Virus record (IMG/VR): IMGVR_UViG_3300037882_001770
Span: 186,001-250,000 of that record
DNA length: 64,000 nucleotides
Strand: one strand, 5' to 3'
Shown here: piece after piece, positions 38,778 to 46,317 of the stretch
Position numbering within the stretch: the first letter of the stretch is position 1
How the letters are laid out: each line of letters begins with the position of its first letter
Notes under the pieces: generated by a model
Seen by the model: only the letters and a program-made list of their open reading frames with translations
What the model was told of the DNA's origin: nothing
The model's database searches: none
Position numbers and translations under genes: made by a program

Positions 38778-39925
38778 TGATTGAACAATACTATCAACAG
38801 CTATGTCAGGAGTGGGGATATACGCCCACCGCCGATGTATGCACAGGTTACGAATCGGTTATGCCTAGATTGCGAGCACTTGGCAAAGAAGCATGGAACC
38901 GAGCCGACGAAGCGGGGAAGCAATCGATTCAGGATGAAGTATTTAATATCTATCGCAGTGTGGGCGTAGTTCCTATTACCTACTACAATCTGGACGGGTG
39001 TCGTGCTCAAGTCAATGAACTAGTAACCAAGACAAAGTCAGTTAAGAATCATCAGTTAGGAGTGGGCAACAACGAAGGCTTGGCATTTGGTCGGTTTTGG
39101 TTTCCTAACATGCAAGATGCCAAATGGAACGACAACGCCACAGTGAGTATTCGGGCTAGATTTAATCACGACAGCAAACTCAAACGAGCAATCAAGTTGG
39201 CCTATGTACATCGCGACGAAGGTGAGGACACAGTAATACCCAAAAATATTCGCCGTGCATTGGAGCTGGTCAATGGTGGGACCATACAAAACTTCAAACC
39301 TATGAATGCTCGTGCTGTTTGGGAACATATCTGCCCAGTATTTCGTGGCAACGTATTAGACTTTAGTTCGGGATATGGTGGTCGTATGTTTGGAGCAATG
39401 ACTAGTAATCTACGATATCATTACACAGGATTAGATCCAAATACCAGGACATTTCAAGGACTCAATGCACTGGGTGAATTACTTACAGATCAAAATTTAG
39501 GGGCAGGTTATTCTATGCACTGTATTCCCAGTGAGGAATTTGATCCAGACCCTGGCTTCTACGATGCGGCATTCTCTAGTCCACCTTATTTTAATTTAGA
39601 AACCTACACCGATGAACCAACACAATGTATGAATCGTTATACTACATTAGACGAATGGTTTGATGGATATGTAGTTGAAACTATACACATGACTCACAAG
39701 GCATTATGTCAGGGCGGTATGTATGCTGTAAACATTGCTGACTACAAGAACGGAAAGCAAGATTTTAAGATTGTAAACCACTGGATTGAACTAGCCGAAG
39801 CGACTGGATTCAGGCACGTCGAAACAATAGATATGATACTAAATGTTCGCCCAGGAGTTGGCAACAACAAGTTGGAAAAAGCCTACAAAAGCGAAGGCAT
39901 CTATATTTTCCAAAAAAAATCATAA
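38777..39925 (+). CDS. SAM-dependent DNA amino-methyltransferase (N4-C/N6-A)
   Basis: NFKP..A; motif I VLDFSSGYGGR; Y.G.DPN; motif IV FSSPPYFNLE.Y. Confidence 0.88.
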   Translation: MIEQYYQQLCQEWGYTPTADVCTGYESVMPRLRALGKEAWNRADEAGKQSIQDEVFNIYRSVGVVPITYYNLDGCRAQVNELVTKTKSVKNHQLGVGNNEGLAFGRFWFPNMQDAKWNDNATVSIRARFNHDSKLKRAIKLAYVHRDEGEDTVIPKNIRRALELVNGGTIQNFKPMNARAVWEHICPVFRGNVLDFSSGYGGRMFGAMTSNLRYHYTGLDPNTRTFQGLNALGELLTDQNLGAGYSMHCIPSEEFDPDPGFYDAAFSSPPYFNLETYTDEPTQCMNRYTTLDEWFDGYVVETIHMTHKALCQGGMYAVNIADYKNGKQDFKIVNHWIELAEATGFRHVETIDMILNVRPGVGNNKLEKAYKSEGIYIFQKKS

Positions 39926-39943
39926 AAATATATTCGCAAGCCC

Positions 39944-39996
39944 ATAGGCACAATCTATTAAAAACTGTTGACAATAGTATTAAATAAACATATACT
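39944..39996 (+). promoter_or_regulatory. LysR/OxyR-like box plus sigma70 promoter
   Basis: ATAG-N7-CTAT 39944-39958; TTGACA 39968-N17-TATACT 39991. Confidence 0.6.
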
Positions 39997-40036
39997 ATTA
40001 ATCAGTAGTTGTAACAATATTCAAAAGGAAATCTAA

Positions 40037-40180
40037 ATGGAACAATATGTATGTGGAGTATGTGGCCACGTTCACAATGAGGCCGTCGAAGGTGTGTTTG
40101 CAGAACTTAGCGACAACTTTCTTTGCCCTGAGTGCGGGTGCTACAAAGATGAGTACGCAGTACAAGAACTAGCAGTATAA
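40037..40180 (+). CDS. rubredoxin (not in ORF track)
   Basis: MEQYVCGVCGHVHNE...F.EL.D.F.CPECG..K..Y, two CxxC motifs; AAGGA RBS. Confidence 0.9.
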   Translation: MEQYVCGVCGHVHNEAVEGVFAELSDNFLCPECGCYKDEYAVQELAV

Positions 40181-40237
40181 GGTCGACACAGTGAGTAAAT
40201 CACTGTATAATTGTTTTTTTATAAAGGAGAAGTAAAG

Positions 40238-40678
40238 ATGGCAAAATCAGTAAAAGGTACCAAAACAGAACACGCATTGAAAGATGCGTTTGCAGGTGAA
40301 AGCAAAGCCAACCGCCGTTATTTGTATTTCGCAAACATGGCTGACGTAGCAGGCGCACCAGATGTTGCGGCAGTATTCCGTTCCACCGCTGAAGGCGAAA
40401 CAGGTCATGCACACGGCCATATGGAGTACTTGATCACAGGTGGTGCAGGCGATCCTGAAACAGGTCTTCCAGCTGGTTCAGTCAAAGAAGCTTTAGAAAG
40501 TGCTATCGCAGGCGAGACACACGAGTACACCGACATGTACCCAGGCATGGCTAAGACAGCCCGCGACGAAGGCTTTGACGAAATCGCTGACTGGTTTGAG
40601 ACTTTGGCTAAGGCTGAGCGTAGCCACGCAAACAAGTTCACCAAGACTTTGGCGGCTCACTTAGAAGACATCAAGTAA
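40238..40678 (+). CDS. rbr: rubrerythrin (di-iron domain only)
   Basis: [38 protein letters not shown]. Confidence 0.93.
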   Translation: MAKSVKGTKTEHALKDAFAGESKANRRYLYFANMADVAGAPDVAAVFRSTAEGETGHAHGHMEYLITGGAGDPETGLPAGSVKEALESAIAGETHEYTDMYPGMAKTARDEGFDEIADWFETLAKAERSHANKFTKTLAAHLEDIK

Positions 40679-40879
40679 TTGGAAACCAGAACAAGAACTC
40701 TTGTCAAGACAATGATCTACAGGTGCTGGGTCTTGCTCAGCACCTATGTGATGCTGTTGGTCACTGGTCAAAGTTTTGCTGAGGCTATTGTTCCTACTAT
40801 CATTATCAACTGTGTCTGGATGACGTCCTACTACCTGTATGACCGACTCTGGGCACACATTGCCTGGGGACGTGAATGA
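40679..40879 (+). CDS. DUF2061-like membrane protein
   Basis: ET..RTL.KT..YR; YY..DR.W..I.WG. Confidence 0.7.
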   Translation: METRTRTLVKTMIYRCWVLLSTYVMLLVTGQSFAEAIVPTIIINCVWMTSYYLYDRLWAHIAWGRE

Positions 40880-41185
40880 ATGCAAGTTGTCACCTGGTCT
40901 GATTGGCTTGAACGCCATATTCCCTACTACCAACAGCAGCAACAGCAAGACCAGTATGGCAATTATCCACCGGAAGCTGTGTTGATAATTGACCCCACAG
41001 ATCGCTATCAACGCTCAGTTCGTCATGGTTATATTGGCAGCACCTGGGAAGCTATGGACAATCTGATTGCGGCGTTAAACTATCGGTCCAAACCAATATT
41101 CTTGGATACTGACACACACCAACGCTGGTATTGGGGTTTTTGGTCACAAAACGATGCCCTGGCAGCTGTAATACGATTGTCATAA
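40880..41185 (+). CDS. hypothetical protein, related to the F..DA..L family
   Basis: C-terminus WGFWSQNDALAAVIRL. Confidence 0.6.
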   Translation: MQVVTWSDWLERHIPYYQQQQQQDQYGNYPPEAVLIIDPTDRYQRSVRHGYIGSTWEAMDNLIAALNYRSKPIFLDTDTHQRWYWGFWSQNDALAAVIRLS

Positions 41186-41200
41186 AATAACCAGTAAATA

Positions 41201-41272
41201 ACTTAACCGGACACAAGATAAGGTGATCGCTGGAGTCCGTAACCAGCACTAAAGAGCCCAGGCTCTTTTTTT
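41201..41272 (+). ncRNA. candidate small pseudoknotted RNA with terminator
   Basis: TAAATA promoter 41195; hairpin GCTGG/CCAGC whose loop GTCCG pairs with upstream CGGAC; terminator AAAGAGC/GCTCTTT+T. Confidence 0.5.
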
Positions 41273-41345
41273 ATTGTCACAATTTTCTCCTTGATTTTTC
41301 ATATATACTTGTGTTACAGTTTTATTACTGAAGGAGGACAAGACT

Positions 41346-41504
41346 ATGAAACAAAGTAAATTGGTTCGTAAAGTGTATCAGGCCTGTATCGACCATGACG
41401 CTGAGAAACAGCAGGAACTTCGCAAGAAGGAATTTGCCAAGATCTTTAAGCACAAGTCCGCAGGCAAATCATTTGACACCAAGTGGACACTAGTAACGGT
41501 GTAA
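41346..41504 (+). CDS. 52-aa basic hypothetical protein (not in ORF track)
   Basis: AAGGAGG RBS; MKQSKLVRKVYQACIDHDAEKQ... Confidence 0.7.
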   Translation: MKQSKLVRKVYQACIDHDAEKQQELRKKEFAKIFKHKSAGKSFDTKWTLVTV

Positions 41505-41549
41505 CAAAAGTGTAATACTTTTTTCTCTGGCATTGCAGTAAATAAGCAC

Positions 41550-42374
41550 ATGCCAGAAAAAACCTACAGATCAATTTTTATTTCGGATGTACATCTCGGT
41601 ACCCGTGACTGCAAGGCCGAAGCTCTCAACAACTTTCTCAAACACAACACCTGCGAAACCCTGTATCTTGTAGGAGACATAATTGACGCATGGAAAATAC
41701 AACAGAACAAGTGGCGATGGAAACAAAGCCACACCAATGTGATACGCAGAGTAATGGGTCATGCCAAACGTGGCACTCGAGTAATTTATGTGGCCGGCAA
41801 CCACGATGAATTTCTAAGACCCTTGATACCTTTGGGCATTGGCTTTGGCCTGATCGAAGTGGTAAATCAAGCAGAACACATAGGCGTGGATGGCCGACAC
41901 TATCTGGTCACACATGGTGATCTGTTCGACGGTATTACTAGACTGGCACCGTGGCTAGCATTTCTGGGTGACAAACTTTATGATTTTGTATTAAACTTAA
42001 ATTCACAGTTCAATGCTGTTCGTCGTAGGTTGCGCTTGGGTTATTGGAGTCTAAGCCGGTATCTCAAATACAAAGTCAAAAAAGCCGCCGATTTTTTGTT
42101 TCAGTTTGAACGTAATCTTGCTACCTACTGCAAGAAGCGTGGCTACGATGGTGTTATTTGTGGGCACATACATCATGCAGAAATCAAAGAGATAGATGGA
42201 ATCATGTACATGAATGACGGAGACTGGGTTGAGAGTATGACCGCCTTGGTTGAACATCATTCAGGAACATGGGAAATCATAACCTGGACCAAGGAGCACG
42301 ACGATGTGGATACTGATACTGTTGGCCGTGAACATAAACAATCCAAACGACGTACCCGGAAGAGTAAGCATTGA
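41550..42374 (+). CDS. LpxH/PlcP-like metallophosphoesterase
   Basis: FISDVHLG, YLVGDIID.W, GNHDE, HGD.FD, ICGHIH, Y.NDGDWVES.TALVE. Confidence 0.9.
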   Translation: MPEKTYRSIFISDVHLGTRDCKAEALNNFLKHNTCETLYLVGDIIDAWKIQQNKWRWKQSHTNVIRRVMGHAKRGTRVIYVAGNHDEFLRPLIPLGIGFGLIEVVNQAEHIGVDGRHYLVTHGDLFDGITRLAPWLAFLGDKLYDFVLNLNSQFNAVRRRLRLGYWSLSRYLKYKVKKAADFLFQFERNLATYCKKRGYDGVICGHIHHAEIKEIDGIMYMNDGDWVESMTALVEHHSGTWEIITWTKEHDDVDTDTVGREHKQSKRRTRKSKH

Positions 42375-42477
42375 GTTTGCCACCGAATCTGAATGTGTGC
42401 GGGCTCAGTCCACTGTGCAGTCGTGGTTGAAATTTGATTCTTTTCGAGTGATTACCAAATGTCAAAAACAATCTTAG
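42304..42477 (+). CDS. 57-aa exported protein with Cys pair (not in ORF track)
   Basis: AAGGAG RBS at about 42291; MWILILLAV...F.TE.EC..A......C. Confidence 0.6.
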   Translation: MWILILLAVNINNPNDVPGRVSIEFATESECVRAQSTVQSWLKFDSFRVITKCQKQS

Positions 42478-43466
42478 TAATAACCGACAATGTTCCAGAT
42501 CAAATCAACGGTGTGGTCACAACTTTCAAAAACCTGGAAAGTCACGCTGTTGACGCTGGGCATTGTGTTGTTTATCTTGATCCCTCTCAGTTTCCTCATT
42601 GTGCTTGCCCTGGGTATCCTGAAGTTCAACTCTGCTGGCCACACGGCATTAGCACGAAGATTAAGGCGATACAGCCGTCGTATATTCACATTGCCACCGA
42701 AGGCCCAGTAGGCCTATTTGCTCGCTGGTGGTGTGAGCGAAATCACATTCCCTACAATACCAGTTATCACACCGACTTTGCCAAGTTTCTAAAGAAAATG
42801 TATCGTGTGCCTGAGTCCGTGACCTGGTGGTATCTGCGTTGGTTTCACAAGAACAGTCACAGGGTGCTGGTTACAACAGAAAGCATACGGCAAGACTTGT
42901 TGACTCGTGGATTCGCCAATCTGCGTGTGTGGACTCGAGGAGTAGACCGAACCATATTTAACAGCACTCATCGTGGTGAAACTGTGGCAGGCGGTCCGGT
43001 ACTGTTAAGTGTTGGTCGGGTAAGTGTTGAAAAAGGCCTAGATGATTTTTGCCGATTAGACATTCCAGGCGCCACCAAAATTGTAGTTGGGGACGGTCCA
43101 TATAGACAAGAATTACAACGCCGGTATCCTGATATCGTTTTTGTGGGAAGTAAACAAGGAACCGACTTGGCTCGGTATTATGCTCAAGCCGATGTGTTTG
43201 TTTTTGCCAGTCGTGCTGACACTTTTGGTGTGGTCAACATTGAAGCATTGGCCTGCGGAACCCCGGTTGCGGCCTATCCTGTTGCAGGACCCAAGGATAT
43301 TGTTGAGCCTGGACTTACCGGATTCTTAAACAACAATTTACAATTAGCAGTGCAACAGTGCTTGACTCTGGATCGTGCGGCGGTAGAAACAGCCAGCCTA
43401 CAATGGACCTGGGCAGAATGTTGGCGTATATTTGAGGACAATCTAGTAGACTGTTCTGTTGCCTAA
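42459..43466 (+). CDS. GT4 glycosyltransferase (Agt/MgtA-like lipid glycosyltransferase)
   Basis: TD...QINGVV.T, HIATEGP.G, SYHT.F, W.RGVD, VGRVS.EK, DTFG.V..EALACGTPVAAYP. Confidence 0.92.
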   Translation: MSKTILVITDNVPDQINGVVTTFKNLESHAVDAGHCVVYLDPSQFPHCACPGYPEVQLCWPHGISTKIKAIQPSYIHIATEGPVGLFARWWCERNHIPYNTSYHTDFAKFLKKMYRVPESVTWWYLRWFHKNSHRVLVTTESIRQDLLTRGFANLRVWTRGVDRTIFNSTHRGETVAGGPVLLSVGRVSVEKGLDDFCRLDIPGATKIVVGDGPYRQELQRRYPDIVFVGSKQGTDLARYYAQADVFVFASRADTFGVVNIEALACGTPVAAYPVAGPKDIVEPGLTGFLNNNLQLAVQQCLTLDRAAVETASLQWTWAECWRIFEDNLVDCSVA

Positions 43467-43574
43467 AAACAACACATTTAAAGCCCGATAAAACGGGCTT
43501 TTTTCTGGGTTTACCAAAAGGTTGACCAAAAATACCAGATCGGCTATAATAGTTGTATAGTTAATAAAAAGGAG
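43457..43574 (+). promoter_or_regulatory. palindrome + terminator + early promoter + RBS module
   Basis: TGTTG-N8-CAACA; AAAGCCCG/CGGGCTTT hairpin; TTGACC 43522-N17-TATAAT 43545; AGGAG. Confidence 0.88.
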
Positions 43575-43911
43575 CCGAAGATGAGCAAACTTACAGCATA
43601 TACTTTAGAGATTTACAAAAAAGACCGCAGAATCAAAGCAGGCCAACGCCTGGTTGAAAAGAAGGACTTCTGCCCAGTTACCCTGGATTACATTCAAACC
43701 GTGGTATCGGACAAGATTGCACAGGGATTTCTAGTGCAGGTTCACGAAACCTTTGTTACCAAGACTAACCTAATGGGTGGTAAGGAGTTTACCGAGCGTT
43801 ATGATACTCCACATTTTTGCTCGCCTGCTAGCGAATCATATTGGAGCATGTAAAACGGTTGACCAAAATTTACCGATTTGCTATAATAGTTGTATAGTTA
43901 ATAAAAAGGAG
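43543..43911 (+). repeat. 32-bp direct repeat covering -10 box to RBS, flanking one gene
   Basis: GCTATAATAGTTGTATAGTTAATAAAAAGGAG at 43543-43574 and 43880-43911. Confidence 0.9.
43581..43853 (+). CDS. hypothetical early protein
   Basis: YK.DRR.K.G.R; NLM.G.EF.E..DTP..CSP.SE.YWSM. Confidence 0.8.
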   Translation: MSKLTAYTLEIYKKDRRIKAGQRLVEKKDFCPVTLDYIQTVVSDKIAQGFLVQVHETFVTKTNLMGGKEFTERYDTPHFCSPASESYWSM

Positions 43912-43917
43912 TAGATA

Positions 43918-44115
43918 ATGACCACATTACAAGATAAATTAGGCCGTACCTTGACAGTAGGCGATCGTGTAGCATACGCTTCTTTTAAAAACCTGGGCAT
44001 GACATTTGGTACAGTTACCAAACTGGGTCGTGTGCGAGCCACGATAACTCCAGAAGCCCCTGCATTTAACCCCGATTCAGAGTCGTTTCGAACTACTGAA
44101 TTGGTAAAGATCTGA
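43918..44115 (+). CDS. hypothetical early protein (SH3-like)
   Basis: D.LGR.L.VGD.VAY; own promoter 43859/43882. Confidence 0.75.
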   Translation: MTTLQDKLGRTLTVGDRVAYASFKNLGMTFGTVTKLGRVRATITPEAPAFNPDSESFRTTELVKI

Positions 44116-44179
44116 AACGGTTGACCAAAAAAGGCATTTAGGGTATAATAGTATATACAGTCAAAAAACGGAGCAGGAA

Positions 44180-44335
44180 ATGACAAAAAAACATTTTATC
44201 GCAATGGCAAAAGAAATCGCCCAAATGCCTAACATGGCAGATCGTTTAAAGGTTGCAATCGCTTTCTGTAAGGTAGCGGCAACGACCAATCCAAGATTTG
44301 ACCAAGCAAAATTTTTAGACGCATGTGGAGTTTAA
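44180..44335 (+). CDS. 51-aa hypothetical early protein (not in ORF track)
   Basis: MTKKHFIA.A.......NPRFD..KF..AC; promoter 44121/44144. Confidence 0.75.
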   Translation: MTKKHFIAMAKEIAQMPNMADRLKVAIAFCKVAATTNPRFDQAKFLDACGV

Positions 44336-44336
44336 T

Positions 44337-44684
44337 ATGACTGACATCAACAATATCATTCAAGTTAATACAATCGTGAACGAGGCCAAACAAGCCGCAC
44401 GTGAAGCCGCAGAAAAGTACTTCCAAGAAAAGCTGGGCGGTGTGGATCGATACTCGTGCGGATTTGCATGGGTTGACATCTACGGTATCAAGGGCAATAC
44501 CCGATTGGGCAAGGCATTCAAGGCCGCGGGCGTTCGCAAGAGTTACACTGGATCGTATCAGATTTGGAATCCAGCTGAAATGGGTGTACAGAACATTGAT
44601 ACTCTCGAAGCAGGTGCAGAAGCGGCCGCAAAGGTCTTTGAGAAGTATGGTTTCCGGGCCTATGCAGGATCGAGGTTAGACTAA
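44337..44684 (+). CDS. conserved hypothetical phage protein
   Basis: CGFAWV; Q.ID..EAGA.A.A.V...G..AYA.SRLD. Confidence 0.8.
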   Translation: MTDINNIIQVNTIVNEAKQAAREAAEKYFQEKLGGVDRYSCGFAWVDIYGIKGNTRLGKAFKAAGVRKSYTGSYQIWNPAEMGVQNIDTLEAGAEAAAKVFEKYGFRAYAGSRLD

Positions 44685-44848
44685 TGACCCTAGACCAAGC
44701 CCTGGAGGCAATTGAGAAGTACAGTATTAACCAAGGGGTAGACAGTCTTACAGCCATTGAACAGATGGTTCGATGCGTAAAAACTCTAACTCCAGAACAG
44801 TTGGAGGCATTGGATGTATTCATGGCCGAAGTAAAGGAACCAGTGTGA
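44684..44848 (+). CDS. 54-aa hypothetical protein (not in ORF track)
   Basis: GAGG RBS; TAATG and GTGA coupling. Confidence 0.6.
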   Translation: MTLDQALEAIEKYSINQGVDSLTAIEQMVRCVKTLTPEQLEALDVFMAEVKEPV

Positions 44849-45513
44849 GAGTAACCAAGCAGAAACATGATGCCATTGACCTAATACCAGCTGACCTAGC
44901 TTGGTCTGCGGCTCAAGCGGCCTATCGTATCAATGGTGGTTATCTTAAACAACCGCTGGTCAAAGGCGATAAAATTGTCAAGCCTACCAACCGTGAGATT
45001 GTCAAGATTGCTCTGCACGATTTGTCATTAATCACTGATGCAGACCGTGAACTGGCTCAACAGATGCGTAAATTTATGGCCTCGACTGTGACCATGCAGG
45101 CACTCAAAACCGAACTCGGTGAGTGGGAACGGATTACTGCTCAGATATGTGGCCTAGATGTGGTTGATAGTTTATACGCTTTATCAGTGATCACAGCCAT
45201 GCCGCACAGTTATGCCAAGACCTTAAAGAAAGAATCTGTGGATGCCAGACTGGCTCGCACTCAAGAAGGCGGACTTCAAGCCAAAGTAGGCGACAAGGTT
45301 GATTTGACTGTGGAAATTGTTCGCAACAACTACAGTGCCAAGTTCAACACCTGGTTCATATCTGCCATTACCAATGACAACTATGCGGTGTTCTTTGCAT
45401 ACCGCGAAGCCATGCAACCAGACACTTGTATAAAAATCCGTGGCACGGTCAAACGACACACTGACCGTAGCACTCAACTCAATCGTGTCAAACTTGTAGG
45501 AGATAAAGAATGA
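44845..45513 (+). CDS. protein with C-terminal OB-fold
   Basis: A.RINGGY.K; VGDKV...V.......IRGTVK.H.....TQLNRVK. Confidence 0.7.
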   Translation: MRVTKQKHDAIDLIPADLAWSAAQAAYRINGGYLKQPLVKGDKIVKPTNREIVKIALHDLSLITDADRELAQQMRKFMASTVTMQALKTELGEWERITAQICGLDVVDSLYALSVITAMPHSYAKTLKKESVDARLARTQEGGLQAKVGDKVDLTVEIVRNNYSAKFNTWFISAITNDNYAVFFAYREAMQPDTCIKIRGTVKRHTDRSTQLNRVKLVGDKE

Positions 45514-45638
45514 AAGCATTCGTGCTAGGAACCGTTTTTGGTATTTTGATCTGCACCGTTGGTTTATCTGGAATCGCTAAGATTTTGGACAACGGTGTAG
45601 CCAAAGTGCAAGAAGTATCCAAAGAAGCGGCCAAATAA
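45510..45638 (+). CDS. 42-aa membrane peptide (not in ORF track)
   Basis: AGGAG RBS; MKAFVLGTVFGILICTVGLSGIAKILDNGV... Confidence 0.6.
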   Translation: MKAFVLGTVFGILICTVGLSGIAKILDNGVAKVQEVSKEAAK

Positions 45639-45775
45639 GGCATTTTGGATAACCAAAGATACACATTATGGTTGACAACAAATACTCAATCAGCTATAAT
45701 ATGTATATGCTAAGAAATTGGCATAGTAGTTCAGTAGTTTAAATCAACTTAATAGGCAACTTAGAAAGGCAACAC

Positions 45776-46105
45776 ATGTCACAAGAAAAATTATTTACAG
45801 TAGCAGGTACAGCAACTAATCCTAACGGCACAGTGAAAGCTCGTTTCGCTAACGATTTGGTAGCTCGTATCAAGATTTTAAACAAAGCAGGTTGCACTGC
45901 AATCAATTTAATTGAGCTCCCAAGCCCAATGACCAAATTGCAAGCTCTCCAGCATTTGCAGAGCGTTGGTATCACTGAAGGTGATGCTGGTTACGCAGTA
46001 GCAAACAAGTTGGCAGAAAAGACCAAGCTCGCCAAGAAAGGCGAAGTAAAGGTCAAGGCAACCGCAGTTAAGGCACCTGCTAAGGCAGAGAAAGTAACAG
46101 CCTAA
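45776..46105 (+). CDS. hypothetical protein with Lys/Ala-rich tail
   Basis: VAG.....G..K.RFAND..RIK.L.K.G...I.L.ELP.PMTK; promoter 45672/45695. Confidence 0.8.
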   Translation: MSQEKLFTVAGTATNPNGTVKARFANDLVARIKILNKAGCTAINLIELPSPMTKLQALQHLQSVGITEGDAGYAVANKLAEKTKLAKKGEVKVKATAVKAPAKAEKVTA

Positions 46106-46137
46106 TCTTCAGGGGCCAGGCAACTGTAAGTCCCCTG

Positions 46138-46260
46138 ATATTAGTTTTGTTGTTTGTAAGCTCAGAAGCACGATCAAGCCTTATGTAACCAAAACAATAA
46201 ACAGTAAACTCGAGTAAAGCTGTTGAGTTAGGCATATAGTGCAAACAACAAAACTAATAT
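46138..46260. repeat. perfect 19-bp inverted repeat enclosing 85 nt
   Basis: ATATTAGTTTTGTTGTTTG 46138-46156 / CAAACAACAAAACTAATAT 46242-46260. Confidence 0.9.
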
Positions 46261-46264
46261 TACG

Positions 46265-46287
46265 AGCTCACTTCGGTGAGCTTTTTT
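46265..46287 (+). terminator. intrinsic terminator with UUCG loop
   Basis: AGCTCAC-TTCG-GTGAGCT-TTTTT. Confidence 0.9.
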
Positions 46288-46317
46288 ACGGCCAACATTT
46301 CTATGCTAAGTATCTTT

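Noticed and set aside
41201-41250. Guanidine-III, SAM-II/V riboswitch or HDV-like ribozyme assignment
   Set aside because: Only short word matches; conserved cores not found
43520-44175. Regularly recurring repeats as a CRISPR array
   Set aside because: The repeats are promoter/RBS sequences separated by whole genes; no cas genes
46138-46260. Retron msr-msd (a1/a2 inverted repeat)
   Set aside because: No reverse transcriptase in the window; kept only as an unassigned structured element
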